A DNA stretch of 64,000 nucleotides from Octopus sinensis (lineage: Eukaryota): contig NC_043011.1 of the NCBI RefSeq assembly GCF_006345805.1, positions 15,884,464-15,948,463 of the forward strand, written 5' to 3'. Numbering within the stretch: position 1 is the stretch's first letter; each line of letters starts with the position of its first letter. Both the position numbers and the translations under genes were made by a program. Under the pieces are notes generated by a model. That model did no database searches, was not told the DNA's origin, and worked only from the letters and a program-made list of their open reading frames with translations. Shown one piece after another: positions 1-15,296 of the stretch.

Positions 1-1787
1 AAACAGAGGAATGGACGACTGACTCCGGATAGGCAAGCAAGGCTTCGATTCAAGCCACAGTTTCATGCCCACAAAGCAAGGGTTTCCGTTTGAGTACGGT
101 ACCCACCATACTCTTTTCAGTCAATAACTATCCCACATCTAGTTAGTTAACTATTTATTCAATTAAGCGGTTAGCTAATTAGTTGCTTGCTGGATCTTTC
201 GATCGAACCTGGAGTATCGGGAACAAGTCATTGAACATGTCAGGAATAGCGACGAAAAGATTTTGACGATTCAGCGGATTGATTGATAGACTGATCATAA
301 AATTAATCAAACAGTCAATAATTAATTGTTTAATTGGTTTTTTTTATGTGTCTTACGAAGTTGTTGACATGAACTCTTTTTTAAAACAAATGCTTACTGA
401 TGTAATGGTCACTTTTGCCAATGAATAACTTATACATTAGTGCTCTAAGAATTTTTTCGACGGGCATTGTGAGATACCTTAATTCAAGATTCTTGAAGGT
501 TACGTAAAATTCCTTAAATATTGATATATTTCTTTCAGTAATCTATCTCAGAAAACCCTACTGTACATAACAAATACTTTCATGATATATACAGTTTGTC
601 CTAGTAAATTCAGGTAAATGATATTGAGCATACTTTCTGTCTGTAAGGTATACCAACAGTGAGAGAACATCAATTATTGCTCTGTCTTATTATAACATTA
701 TGGAAATGTATCAGCGGACATTTGTAATGATATTACTAAAATCTGAGTTAGAATAATTATACGTCCAATATTCAAACTCTATGACGTTCTCAATACTATG
801 ATGCTACCAAGATGACAATTCGTAAGATTGTTATCCTTCGAGATTTCAGCAGTGGCATTTATTGACGGTCAAAATTATTCATTATTGAACCGCTGATTAC
901 TGTATTATATGTTAAAATTACAAATTAACCAGACGTTTCAGTTGAATTAAAGTTGAATATAGCGACTCGGTAGTGTAACTGTGTTACTTAAACCTGTTAT
1001 TCGCATTTATTACTCATATAAGATACATATTCTAATGTATAAGTATATATATGTAAAGAAACGATAGCTTTTTTACTTCTAGAATTTTTTTTTACATAGA
1101 AAGTTTGTTTTGTGTTCAGTATTGACATGAATATTAAGTTTTGTTTTCTTTTAAGCCTTTAGGACCATGTTTTATTTTTTTCCTTGCCAGTGTGATATAT
1201 TGAAATTATATAGCCATCGTGTACAATGGAAAATTTGTGAATATACATGGGCGTTTTTTTTCTAAGGAAAAGTATATAAAAACTAGCATAGTAATAGATC
1301 AACTATCTTCTTTGTGCAAATCTTTGGAAACATGGAAAAAAATTGTTAAGCATATAAGCTATAATGTAAATTCCAATATTTATACGCATTTCACATTATT
1401 ATATCAATAGTTTCTCCTCCAGAAATATATCATAAAATATATTCTTCGTATAAGATTGATATAATAAGAAACGTATGTAAATTCTGATATATTTTTTCGG
1501 CAATTTTCTACATTGTTCTGGTAATAGTGGGCACAGCCGAAAGTAAGTCATTCCCATTCACTCTCTCAGTTACACATATATACAAACATATACTTACATA
1601 CCTATGTGTGGTAAAAATATGTATGGTAAGAAAAAGAGCTTTGTTCGGGTTTTGAATTCTCAAAATATATAGAAATGAGGTTTTACATTGCTATATATCC
1701 TTACATAGTTGTACAATAAAGCGGAACTTCAGGCCTAACTATTTTTATCTATCTTATATTTCTGTGATGCCTTAAAATTGCGAGCTT

Positions 1788-1930
1788 CATTCTGTGTTCA
1801 AATTCCGCTGAGGTCCACTTTGCCTTTTATTCTTTGAGGGTCGATAAAATAACTACCAGTTGAATATTGGGATCGATGTAATCGATCTGCCACACCCCGA
1901 CATTGCTGGCCTTGTGCTAAAATTTGAAAT
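1788..1930 (+). mobile_element. SINE family B, 3' half
   Basis: gttcaaattccgctgaggtc..gatgtaatcga..ggccttgtgc. Confidence 0.75.
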
Positions 1931-3674
1931 CAGTATTTCGCACATGCTGAGATGCATATGCGCGTGTTAACATACATACGTATCTGCATGCCTGCTTATA
2001 TTCACACGTGTGCACACGCATATATATATATTTATATATATACATACACATACATACAGACATACACATACATTCACACACACAGACATACACACGCATA
2101 TATTCATGTATATTTGTAAGTTTCTTTATTGTTCCGACAGTGCATATTCGTGCCTGCTATGAAATGAAGGAAGAGAACAATTATCATGCACGTTCAATTA
2201 TTTTTACCAAAATTATCTATATAGAACAAACGCTTCCAAGTATCCCGAATGTATAAATGATTTCATGGATTTCTTTTCACAGATATTTACTTATGCATCG
2301 GTTCTTTGAAGCCATATATTTTGAGCATCTGACTAGAACACTGAGTTCAGGTTCAAATGCGGTTAGAGATACAATCGAAAGGGTATTTTTTATTATCTAC
2401 ATTGCTAAGTTGTATGTGAAAGGAACTTCATGCCACTAGCACACTAGGATTGACCTGATTTTTTAAAGCATAAATTACATTAATTTGCGTATTCCTTTCG
2501 TTTTGTAGTCCAGTGAATATTAAAAGACCTTGGTGTATAATGGATACAATGCAGCATATGTACAGTCAGTGGAGGATAACTTCGTGTATGTTGAGAGGAG
2601 CTTCGAACCGCCGATCAGTTGAGTGATTTTCCGATATTTTAAGGACGGATCCACATGTGATCTTCCTCAAGAGAATTAAATAGCATTATGTATTGTTTTC
2701 TAAGCTCGCGTATGTATATATTTAAATTTTAATATTTAATGCCGTAATCTGTTCAAATAGGTTAATTACATCTTAAGGAAGCGCACTTTCGAGTTGTCCA
2801 CAGACACTGGACTTTTCGTCAGCAAGCTTGGATTATAACTTTTGCGAGTGTAGGATAATCCTGCCTTGGTCGAAAACCCCTTAAGATAAACCCCGCTCGG
2901 ACCAAACCCCTTAAATGAAAGTGCGAAAGTGGACAAAATCCTGTCAGTTATATTTTTAGCGTAAGTGTACAATAAATAACTCACCCCTTTTCGTTATTTG
3001 CTTTTTTTTTTCCAGATTCCGATGTTATCAGCAACGAAGATATCGATTCTGACAAAAAATTTAAATTGCAAAGGTTATATTTTATATAATACTTCCACCC
3101 TATTGTTTATTTTGTTATTCCTCTTTTTGCGTTAAGTTTTTAAAATTCCGCATAGAAAGATACGGAGATTGTGGAGCTGAAAAATTTTTTTTGGCAAAAT
3201 TTGAATTTTAAAAAATTGACACAGATGCGGACATCCACAACTATATTCCGTATGCTTTTAAACGCGTTCGATCATATGCATGTACGTAGGTGATTTTTCA
3301 ACCAGTGAATGAAGTTAAGTGTAGGTCTTTCCACATGCTAGAAATAACAGCCAAATCTCTTGATTTCGTTTTTAATTACACGTAAACACAAACAGAAATC
3401 GCGGTTTAGAAAAGTTTTTATTTCCAATATCTCAGTTTTTAAATATACACAAATATATTCAATCGAAAATATATTTATAGAATAAAATAACAGAACACAA
3501 GAGACTTTTACTACTCGATGCACATATTTTCGAAATTCTAACACAAAAAGGAAGCATTTACTTCAAGAAATGGGCTTTACAAGTCAAAACATTCATCATC
3601 ATCATCATCATTACTATCATCATACGCATACACACACACACACAGGCATTTAAAAAAAAAAGATTTTATGATTT

Positions 3675-4092
3675 TACTTGTTTCAGTCATTTGACTGCGG
3701 CTGTGCTCGAGTATCACATTTAGACGAACAAATCTACCTCAGGACTTACTCTTTGCAAGCCTAGTGTTTATTCTATTGGTCTCTTTGGCCGAACCACTAT
3801 GTTACGTGGACGTAAGTACACCAACATCGTTTGTCACACGATGGCGGGAAAACAAACACAGACACACAAATACATACATATATATATATGTGTGTGAGTA
3901 TATATATATATAGAGAGAGAGATAAATAGATAGATATGTATACATCGGGTTTCTTTCAGTTTCCGCCTACGAAATCCACTCAAAAGATTACGTCAGCCCC
4001 AGGCTACTGAAGAAGCCAAGGTATCACGCAGTGGAACTGAACCGGGAACCATGTGGTCGGAAAGCAAGTTTCTTACCACACAGCCACTCCCA
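3675..4092 (-). mobile_element. SINE family A
   Basis: cttgtttcagtcatttgactgcggc ... cttaccacacagccactcc. Confidence 0.85.
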
Positions 4093-5094
4093 TATTTATA
4101 TATGCATACATTTAATAAGAACTCTTATATAGGCAACCTGAAATAAATGTGAATACTATGAAGAGTAACTACTAATAATATCCCGCACAAAATTCTCCAT
4201 TTGGACACCGTATAAACTGACAATATTTTTAAATATAACACTCATCAATATCGATGTAATATACGTTATGCACAATATACATTCTGTGTTATGAGGTTGA
4301 CATATTTATTTAATAGAATGTTATTTAAGAAGCTGACTCATGTTGCATACCATTGAACGTCCTTTTCTTTCGGAGTTCAGTGAAGATAGCAGTTGGATTT
4401 CAAATGTATGAGAATTTGCTTTACTCTATGACAAACTTATTGCCAATTTATACAAGCTTGCATTTCAACATCGAACAGAAAAATGTTTCATAAGTCGAAA
4501 AGTGGTTTGATTTTAACCAGATTTATAGTATATTTGCAATGCGAATGATAGAGATGAATGCTAACAAATGGAACATTTATTGTATTGATAAATGCAATTC
4601 TAAGCAATTATTGAATGTTTTTGAATATAGGCATCAATTATACAACCTTCGGTGCATCACTGGTGATTCTTTACATATACATAGCATTCGTTACAAGAAA
4701 TGTATAATATCAACAGATAACTCTGATTTAAGTAGGAATTTGTTTGTACTGCCGTCTTCCATTTGGATAATTGATTACTATAGAAAGTGTAGGAGAAATA
4801 TTTCTATGAAGCAAGCCACACACTACGACATAAACTATATATCATACACAGGATAAATGTTCTGCACCCAGTCTTGCGACTAGCTCATTAATCGGCATTT
4901 CAAACCAGATGTATGTATTTGAATGTTTGTGCGTGTCTGTGTGTGCTTACGCGCGCGCGTGTGTGTACAGTGATCACGGCCCCACAACTAATATATATAT
5001 ATATATATTTGCGTTGAGTGCATATTCGTCATTACATGTGCATCCACAGAGACGCGCCCCCGTACATATGTGTGTATACAAATACGCACTTGTG

Positions 5095-5187
<93 letters not shown>

Positions 5188-5369
5188 TATATATACATAT
5201 ACATGTATATATACATATATTGCATACCTGTATATATATGTAAGTTAAGCTACCAACTTGGTTCTAACCTAATTTATATAGTGACTGAATATTGGGAAGA
5301 ACAGCAAGTACGAGTTTTTTTCTCTGTGAACGGTTAACAATATACGCGACACCTACTTCCATATTGCAA

Positions 5370-5545
5370 TGAGCTGGCAGAATAGTTAGCTCGCCGGTGA
5401 AGATGCTTAGCGGCATTTTGCCGACGTCGATTTTGCTTTTCATCCTTTCGGGGTGAACAAATTAGATTCCTGCATAGTCTTGGGACTGATGTAATCGACT
5501 TACCCCTTTCCCTGAAATTGCTAGCGTTTTGCCAAAAAAGGAACC
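5370..5545 (+). mobile_element. SINE family B
   Basis: gagctggcagaatagttagc..tttcatcctttcgggg..gatgtaatcgactt. Confidence 0.8.
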
Positions 5546-6865
5546 CATTATTGTATTATAAACATAGAAGCTGTTCTGCGACTATGTCTTTTACGGTTAG
5601 GTCTGAATTGTCTTAAACAGATGAGTAGAATCTGGAGCGAATTATTTTTTCAGTGTTTTTAGATTATTCATTCTCTTACTTTGCTGATGATGCTGAGTAA
5701 TGACAAAGCATCAGTAGTTTATTTAAAGATGATTTTATTTATAAGAACTAGGAAAGAAAGCTTGCATTGGTTTAGAAATATATAACGCAATAGTCTAAGT
5801 GGAAAAGGGGTCACCAAAGATTAATTACTCCCATAAAGAATTCTGTAGGATGTGAGCGGAATCCATTTTAGAACCGATCGATTCGTCGGCTGTGACTTCT
5901 TGTAATTTCATGAGTTCTTTTAAGTATATAGGGATGTGAACTGTTTTTCCTCACTGTCAGTTTTCCTCCCTACCTCATGTCATTAATCTTCCTGCATGTT
6001 TTTATTACTGTATTTTATGATAAGCCTATGCTATGATCACTATATGATTGAAGTTGTCATGTTTATGCAAAGTTACTTTTGCTCCATAAAGCGTCACACA
6101 TCCTCAGCAGAAGCAAGGAGTCTTTCTTCTGAAATATTTTCTTAATACACGGTCCATCTAAGCATTGCCACCTCGTTTCTTATTGACAGTTTTATTGAAT
6201 ATTCCTCATTCTGCGTATAATAACTCCTATTTGAAGTCGTATGTGCTGTTCTTTTCCTTTCAATATAACAGATCAGTACACTTTTTTTACATGACTTAAT
6301 TTCTTTTATAGCGCTAAACTTTCCTTTTATAAGGTTTCTCCGGCTACATCAGGGCATTCTGCCTTGGGAAAAAAAAGCATTTTGAAAGGTAATGCTTATT
6401 CATGATATGAAGGTCTATAATTATATCTTCTACGTAGTGGTCTGTCCGTTTGATCCTCCTGCTAGTTCAATTACTATCTGATAATAACCAATGCAGTCAT
6501 TAAGTTGTTACGTGCAATGAGCGCAACAGTAGAAAGTATTCGGCGTCTAAACCATATATCTTCATCCTGTAAATTCATATATCCATGAAGAATTGACTAT
6601 TAACCTAACAGGTAGAAACATTTATAGTTCCACAATTCCAGATATTAGGGGGTTGATCTACATCTCATTTTTTTCCTTTAAAGAATGAAGTTCAGAATTA
6701 CTTTTTTATTTAATTAAACTGTTTACTGTTTTTAGTTAATAATCCGATTTCATTGATGCGTACTGTCTCTAATTTAATATAATATAATATTTTACTATAA
6801 AATTGGATTCAATCCTAAATCTGACTTTTCCCTGTAAGTTTGGATTTATTCCCTAATATTTATTA

Positions 6866-6919
<54 letters not shown>

Positions 6920-7102
6920 TATATATATGATGGACCCTCCCGTCATTAGACGATGAACATGCACACAGATGATTTGTTTATAGTGATCAAACGTTTGTGT
7001 AGGCATAATTTCACTCCCTCCATCAGATCGACATTACCTGTACAGGGGCAACGCTGCCACATGTGAAATGTCAAAATGATCGCAGATTAATACTATTTAT
7101 AT

Positions 7103-7159
<57 letters not shown>

Positions 7160-7255
7160 TTAGTGTCGCAACGCCAGAGCGAATATATATATATGTAGTT
7201 ATATTTGTGTGTATGTGTATCTTTACTCATATGTTATATAAATACACACATACTT

Positions 7256-7325
<70 letters not shown>

Positions 7326-8172
7326 TGCATGTATACATGCATGCATTTATGTACGCACGTATGTATGTATGTATGTAAGTATTTATCTCTCTGTATACAT
7401 GGAAGCATGTATATGTGTGTAAATGTATGCATGTATGTGTGTACGAGTTTAAGTATATGTGCGTGTTTGGTTTGTGTGAGTCTGTGTATAGGCAGCTACA
7501 TCTTTCTGCATAAAATTCCGGCACATATTTTTTCTGTATATAAAGGAAATTATAGAGTGGTAGATGAATGGAGGAATACATTATCAAAAAATACTGATGT
7601 TTGAGACGGAAATGTGGCAGAAGAATTAAAGTGTTCTTTCCTGTGAAAATTTTACCAATTGTTTACGTTTCGTTATTGCATACGTTTAACTGTCAGCCTA
7701 AGGTATTATGTACTTCATCAGACTTTACGATCAATATTTTTATAAGGCTTGCCTACCGTTTATGTAAGTGTGCGTGTGATCCTTCATGGAAGCATCAGAA
7801 GACAATGCTATTGTCACGTTCGCCTGTCTATTCTTTGGCGAAAGCTATCTCTCAAACTTCGAGTTATCCATCTAAAAAACATCTGCTGTTAATCGAATCG
7901 ATAATTATTTTCTTCATTTTTCACTATTTCTTGATTTCTTTTTCGTTTTGTACTTATTTTTATTTTGTGAAAAAAGTATATGATATGTAATGGTAAATCT
8001 TGTCAATTCGTTTGTTTTTCATTCATTTTATTTACTCCTTATTAATATTAATTTGGCCTCGATTTGCAATAATTTCTGTATTCGAACTTTAGGCACCACA
8101 GTGTTCCCATTAATGTAATATAATCGCCGTTATAATAATCGTGTCGAAGTCCACATCATGATATCGTTGTGG

Positions 8173-8649
8173 CTTCTTCTTCTTCTTCTTCTTCTTCTTC
8201 TTCTTCTTCTTCTTCTTCTTCTTCTTCTTCTTCTTCTTCTTCTTCTTCTTCTCTTCTTTTTTCTTCTTCTTTGTCTTCTTCTTCTTCTTCTCCTTTTTCT
8301 TCTTTGTCGTTTTCTTCTTCTTTTTCTTCTTCTTTGTCTTCTTCTTTTTCTTCTTCTTTGTCGTTTTCTTTTTCTTCTTCTTCTTCTTCTTCTTCTTCTT
8401 TTTCTTCTTCTTTGTCTTCTTCTTCTTCTTCTTCTTCATCTTCTTTGTCGTTTTCTTCTTCTTCTTCTTCTTCTTTTGTCGTCTTCTTCTTCTTCCTTTG
8501 TCGTCTTCTTCTTCTTCTTCTTCTTCCTTCTTCTTCTTCTTCTTCTTCTTCTTCTCCTCCTTTTCCTCCTCCTCCTCCTCTTCCTCCTCCTCCTCCTCCT
8601 CCTCCTCCTTCTTCTTCTTCTTCTTCTTCTTCTCTTTCTTCTTCTTCTC
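8173..8649. repeat. ~480-bp compound (CTT)n/(CCT)n microsatellite
   Basis: Direct reading; it produces the poly-K/E/S/L ORFs. Confidence 0.98.
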
Positions 8650-8667
8650 ATTAATATTAATTATAAT

Positions 8668-8870
8668 TTGGCAGGCAGGTAAAATCCTTGGCACACCGGA
8701 CAAAGATGCTTAGCCGCATTTTCACTCATCTTTATGTTCTAAATTCAAATTTCACCAAGTTCGACGTTGCCATTCATCCTTTCAGTGTTAACAAAAGTTG
8801 AATACAGGGGTCTCTGGAATCGACTTTACCTCTCCCCGAAATTTCAGGATTTGCGTCTATGTTAGAAGGG
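8668..8870 (+). mobile_element. SINE family B (diverged)
   Basis: gatgcttagccgcattt..ttcaaattt..cattcatcctttc..aatcgacttt. Confidence 0.7.
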
Positions 8871-10845
8871 AGTAGTATTATTATTTGGAAATAATATACG
8901 GTATAGTTTGAACTGACCAGTGAATCTTCTCTTTCTTCAAATCTTTTACAACTATATTGTTTACAACTATTTAACGTCTTTTATAGCTGTCCCCACTTCA
9001 TTTAGTTTCTTGTTTCTCGATTGTATTCCTAAAATTATCCACCAGTCTTAGCTCAGAAACATTTTCGTTGAAAACAATCCAATGATATTCCTGTAACTAT
9101 CAGAAAAGATAAAGTCTGCAATGAAACCGCCTTTCTGTAATGAAATTATATTTCTGTTTGTATTAAAATTATATCTCTAACATACATGTTGCATTTCACA
9201 TGCAGATAGAACAAATACATGGCCAGGCATGCTTACGTGGCTAAAATGTTTGCTTATGTCAATAGGGTTCCAAGGGCGATGTCACAGCGCTTTAATTTAC
9301 GCAAAAGTCACGCGGCGTAGCTTCCAGTTGGTCGCTATGTAGTGAGTGGGTTGCTGAATACTGGACTGTAACACATAGTTGACACACATATACAGATACA
9401 GAAACACATAGACGTATAAACTGGCAATAATCATCAAGCTAGTACATTATATACTCTATTGTCGCTCGGCTGTTGTTCAAGGACTAAATAACTATCAAAA
9501 CACCTACGAGGATATAATATTGAGGTGTTATGAAGACCGAGAAATCCCCCTTGTAATTTCTGAATAGCAGTAAGTCGCAACGAAGTGTAAAGCTACTACA
9601 CACGATACGACTAACAACTGTGTATAGCATATCTTGTATTCGTACCTTGTATTCAGAAGATACCAAGACAGTTGTTGTACTTGCATGAATATGTCTGTAA
9701 CAATGGCAAACACAGTTTTACTTAAATATATTGTTCACTTAGAGAAGTCTCTAAGCAACGAGCAATAGCGTTATGTCTGCAGATCATTCATAATATATTT
9801 AATATTCTTCGTGAGAATTTAAATTGTGTGTATTTTATTAATACATTCCATTGACCGTTGTGTTGCATATAAATAAATTAGACTAAAATATAACAAGAGC
9901 AATTTACAGCTTCACCTGCTTGTAAGTCTAGAAAGGAAGTTGTACAGGAAATATAACATTTTATTATTTTAGCTTATGAATTAAATGCTGCGAAATAGCT
10001 AAGAGATTGAAAGTTTAATTAATTCAGGTTTATATCATCCAGTTATATGAAGTGTTAAAGGTCAGGAAAGCAGGAAAATCAGTATAATAAAACAACAAAA
10101 TAGTATTTTACCATATTATACATATGATATTTTAGTTATCTTCATTCTATTTTCCTAATATTATAAACCTGTTTCTCTTTTTGTTATTAAATCAACATGA
10201 CGTAGTTTAAATTCAATTATTACAATGACACAATTACTTCAGTAGAATAAACAATTCAAATCAATTAATTTTGAGAATGTTCTTTAATTTTAATACTGCG
10301 TTACAAATTGTTTGTATTAAAATTGTTTTAGCTAATACATGTATTGTAGAAAGAATGTATGAGAACTACTTAAATATGTAAGTCCTTTATTCACTCATTA
10401 TTGAAATCTTTTGATCATATTTAACCCTAGGTGCGCCCTGATAGAATAAACACATAATAAAACATTTTACAGATGCGACCATTTCATTTTTTGGGGGCGG
10501 GAGGAATAGTTTCTCAGCAAACATTGTCAAATGCGATATTATAGCAAAATGATACTTCAGGATTAGCGGAAGGTTACTCTGTTGCTGACACTGCTATAGA
10601 GAATAGTACGTCTTGGCCACTTTTCAAACGTAAACTAGTTACATATTCACAGTTACAAATTCCATAAACATTGCAACTTCTTATCATTCTTATCAATTAA
10701 AATACATATCGCATCAAACCAGTACATAAATAAATACTTATTTACTTCTATTAACTACCGTCATAAATGAGATATTAGACAATTTGCTAGAACAAGATAC
10801 ACATGTGCTGCACACACAAACATACATGCGCACATACACACACAG

Positions 10846-10902
10846 TCTCTCCTCTCTCTCTCTCTCTCTCACATACGCACATACACACACACTATATATA
10901 TA

Positions 10903-10949
<47 letters not shown>

Positions 10950-11002
10950 TAGATAGATAGATATAGATATATATAAATAGATAGATAGATAAGATAGATA
11001 GT

Positions 11003-11053
<51 letters not shown>

Positions 11054-11078
11054 CTAGAGAGATAGATAGATAGATAGG
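10846..11078. repeat. Compound (CT)(CA)(TA)(GATA)n microsatellite
   Basis: Direct reading; one of dozens of such tracts in the window. Confidence 0.95.
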
Positions 11079-12889
11079 GAGAGTTTACGAAAAAACAAAA
11101 GACGAACACAGGCGGTGTACAAAACAAACATGTATTAGTATAACGCTCAGGAATAGAAAAAATTCTTTTATATTTCGAGCCTACGCTGTTCTACAGAAAG
11201 GGACACAGAAAAAACAATATATATATAGATGGATAGACAGATAAATAGATAGATACATAGACAGATAGATAGAATGATAGCTAGATAGATTGTAATGTAA
11301 GCCCTCCCGGCAAATTTTCTGAAATGGCGTCTGAGAAGGATTGTTGGCCACCTGCCATAATATGGTAAATTAAAGAAAACCCAAAAGGAAGACATGCACT
11401 AACATAAATAATTCCTCATTTGCATAAATAAATTGTATTATGCAAAATGTTGTCGAGTTAAAATTTTAATCGATATTCTGGAGCCTTACTGCAGCTGACT
11501 TTCTGCATTTTCTCAAAATTTACTGAATATTTTCTCACCATTTTGCTGGACTCCACAGGTCTTCGCTATCCATTCTTTTCATTTCCTTTCCAATATATCG
11601 TTTCATTATTAACTGTCTGGCCCGTTAATTTAATAACATCTGTTTTGTTTTGTTTTAGCGATGAAAGGCTTACAATTCAATTGAAAAGTTAGGTATATAT
11701 ACATGTTGTGTGAAGAAAACTGCCCTTGGTAATTTTCTCTTCTTGATGGGAGGGATATTTTCAACTATTAATTTGTAAAGTTATCAGTAAGCAAGTATTT
11801 TACTGATTAAAAAGTGGCTTACACTGAAACAGCAATTTATTAATAATTACTTCAATACTAATAAACGCCATTTCGGTCATGTAAATAAATATCTCTAATT
11901 TGAAAGAAATTAGGTAGTAAAAGAAATAATAATAGTAAAACAAGATGAAAGTTTATAAAGAGTAAATGTATCATCAATGATATTGATTTATTTATTTGAA
12001 AAGCTAGAACAGCGAACACGTTAAATAAAACATCACACAACGATACTGTATGATTATCAGTTGACAAAATATTTATAATCAAGTACAAATATCACATAAT
12101 GATATAGGCGAAAATGAAAAAGGATATACAAATATGTTTATATAGCAAAATAATGAGAAATCATTACAAGAATTAAAGAGAATATAAATAGATGAGATAT
12201 GGCGATAGGAGGAAAGAGTTTCATGAAGACAACATTTTCCTTAACATTTTAAAGTATTTTGCAAACTCTTTAACATAAAAACTTACAGTGATGCTCCAAC
12301 ATGTTCGTAATACAACGACGTAAACAAGTACGAGAAAAAATAAAGCGTAACAAAACACTACGTTGATAATTTTTCTGAAAACCACAAGTAACTGTATGCG
12401 TTAAACAGAAACGGGATGAATATTAAATTTACCTGCAGCCTGATGTCTCCAGCACCATATGAAAGCTCAAACTGGAAAGGGAAATTTGTGGCTAGTTTTC
12501 TGTATCCTCAACAATTGGGACGGAAAAGGAACATGATGTTTGCGCATAAAACTATTCGTGTAAGTGTAAAATTCCTTTCGTAAATGTTGACAAAGCAGCA
12601 GTCTCACTGCCATAACTAACTTATCATAACTCATAAACTTCACATATTCTAAATGTTGCATGTGCAGTTACTGAAGAAATTGAATGATCACTACTGATAT
12701 TTACACCGGTATACAGAAACCAGAAACAAACTTTCAAACGTACTATTAATTACTGTTTCATATACTAACAAATTCCTGGGTGTGTAAGGTATTTCAGGAC
12801 ATACAATTTTGGGGTTATTGCTGTATTTTTTGCTAACTCTGTATAATCTGTGTTTCAGAAAATAATAATAGCAGACACTCAGTTTACTC

Positions 12890-13870
12890 AAGAATTGAAG
12901 AGGTATGCGGTTATTGTGGTTATAAACGCTGAGTATAAGTGATTTAGAAATATTTCAATTTTTTAAAGTTGCCATATCTTTTGTCTACAAAGTTTGTAAG
13001 AAGCTGGAGACTGAAGATGGAAACGCATCACCAGTATCAAAGTATAAATAGCATTCCAAACACTCTGAAATCCCCAGAACACCAGAATTTATCCAGCAAG
13101 TTCGACACACCATTGATTACAATCTAAGAATACCCATGAGGTCAATTGCAAAAGATCTCCATGTGTCAGAAATGTTGTCCACGAAGACATCAGATATAGG
13201 TCTTATATGATGAGGAAAGATCGATTTGGCAGAAAAAGCAAAGAAAAAATCACAGCATCACTTCTAAAAGGCTCTTAATGAAACTGAAACATCCAACAGA
13301 TTTGATTTGGTTTTTCTCAAACGACAAAATCATCGACCAAGATCAAAAAGTTAACAGAAGAAATGACATATGGTTAAGTGCAAACTCTTCTGAAGTTCCA
13401 AGATTTATGCCTAAAAAATTTCCTGCAACTGTCATGGTTTTAGGGGTTGTCAGCAATGAAGGACATGCGATACCTCTTTACTTCTTTCTACAAGGACTTA
13501 GAGCTAAATGTATCGTCTACATTGAGGTCCTGAAAATAAGTAAGCCCTGGATAGACAATGTATGCAATGGAAGGCCATATGTGTTTCAGTATTACTCTGC
13601 ACTAATACACATGGCTCTAGTAACACAGGAATGGATAGCTGAAAATATTCATGATCACCTAGCCCCTAACATTTAGCCCCCGGATTCTCCAGATCTCAAT
13701 CCATTGGACTATTACAGTGAGAGAGATGTCAATTAACACACCCATAACACCAAAGACACTTTGAAACCTGCCGTAGGCAGAGTAATATCCAAAACGAACC
13801 AGGACTACTTGATTCGAGCATGTAGATGATTTAGATCTCATATAGGAGCAGCTGTTGAAGCTGAAGGTTT
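12890..13870 (+). pseudogene. Decayed Tc1/mariner-superfamily transposase
   Basis: WFFSNDK..DQKVNRRND..VMVLGVVSNEG..YVFQYYSA..H..PDSPDLNPLDY; catalytic motifs mutated, with frameshifts. Confidence 0.85.
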
Positions 13871-13879
13871 CTTGGATAG

Positions 13880-14145
13880 CAAGCTATGCAACTCCGAGTA
13901 AAGTTTCTATTTTTAGGATGCAAAAAGCATTGTGTCTATTGAATTTGTTCTCAAGTGCCATACCATCAATATGCCAACTTCGAATACAGTTATAAGAGAG
14001 TATCAAGACTAAGCGGTCAGGGGAAACTGAGGTAAGGGGTTCTGTTTCATGAGGACAATGTTCCAGCGCATGTTTGCGGTTTCAATGGCTGCTGTGAATA
14101 ACTATGGTTTTGAAGTGGTTCATCACACGCTTGATTTGGCCTAGT
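13880..14145 (+). pseudogene. mariner transposase fragment
   Basis: F*DAKSIVSIEF..HTIN; GVLFHEDNVPAH; GFEVVHH..DLA. Confidence 0.7.
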
Positions 14146-15296
14146 TTATCGAGTCAAACTTGCGTCTAGCCTCTTATAATTTTATCATCACTGATATTTT
14201 GTGATTTCCTGCTGCCCAAGTATTCACCTTATCATATTGAGCTAAAATTTCACCCCATCATGTCAAGATAAACCTTTATTGATACTTTTTAAAAGTTTTG
14301 CTGGAATCCACGATTTATACTATTAAGAATGTTGACTAACTTCCGGTATTGATCATTTCTTCCAGTTTTGATCTACCAACTTGTTTTCATCTCATTATCG
14401 ATATGTACAGCTTTTCTAACGTCGATTCAACGAAAATAATTGCATTTTATGCTATTCCTAAATTCTGTCGAATTTTAAAACTGTTTTAAATAAACATTTC
14501 CTTAACCAAGATGTAAAACACAAATATTTCCTGGTTTTACATCATGAGCCAAATGACCAAACTGCCTATCACTTCATGTTCTGTGGATTGGGTGCAGGAG
14601 TAAGAATTTGATCAATAACAAAGTTGCTGCTTAACGGAAACCAGCCTGTAGAGTGATTTACTGCGGAAGCGTATATAGAAGATAAAGGCTTTCCAAAAGT
14701 ATTAATTTTTCTCATCTTCTTGATTTGTTGTCTATACTTCTAATTCTATTGCTATATTTTTAGTATGAATTTTACTGGTAGTCAGGATTAAATGAGTTTA
14801 AAAGGCATAGAGAATCCAAACTAGAGTCTCGTGGGCTAAAATTACATATTAATAAAAGCCATCCTAATATATACCATTCGTTCTGAGAGGTGACATTCAA
14901 GACATTCTATATTTCAGAAATACATGCGGACACATGTAATAAAATTTGCTTTGCTATTAAAGATATATAAAGATGTATTCACCTATTGATGCATGTGTGT
15001 CCTTGTTTGATGAAATTGAACATCTATCATCCATTTACAAAAATATGAAGGAATTTTCAAAGAGATCGATAATTTGCCAAATAAAATTTCTGAAACTTAT
15101 GTAGCAAGATATACATGTGAAGCTCATGTTAATACTTCCATCCGCACATTATATTACCGAGGAATTTCATGCTTTACTCTAGATTGAGATATTCAAACCT
15201 AATCTACCTACTATTACAATTGAATCAACATATCGTTTTGCACTAATCATTTTCAGAAACGTCATATTAACAATTCTCATTATTTACCGACATTAA

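Noticed and set aside
2766-3600. Transposon-like subterminal sequence with repeated aaacccc motifs
   Set aside because: No matching TIR pair or coding motif could be identified by eye.
8110-8713. Poly-K/E, poly-L, poly-S and poly-R ORFs
   Set aside because: All are frames of one (CTT)n/(CCT)n tract.
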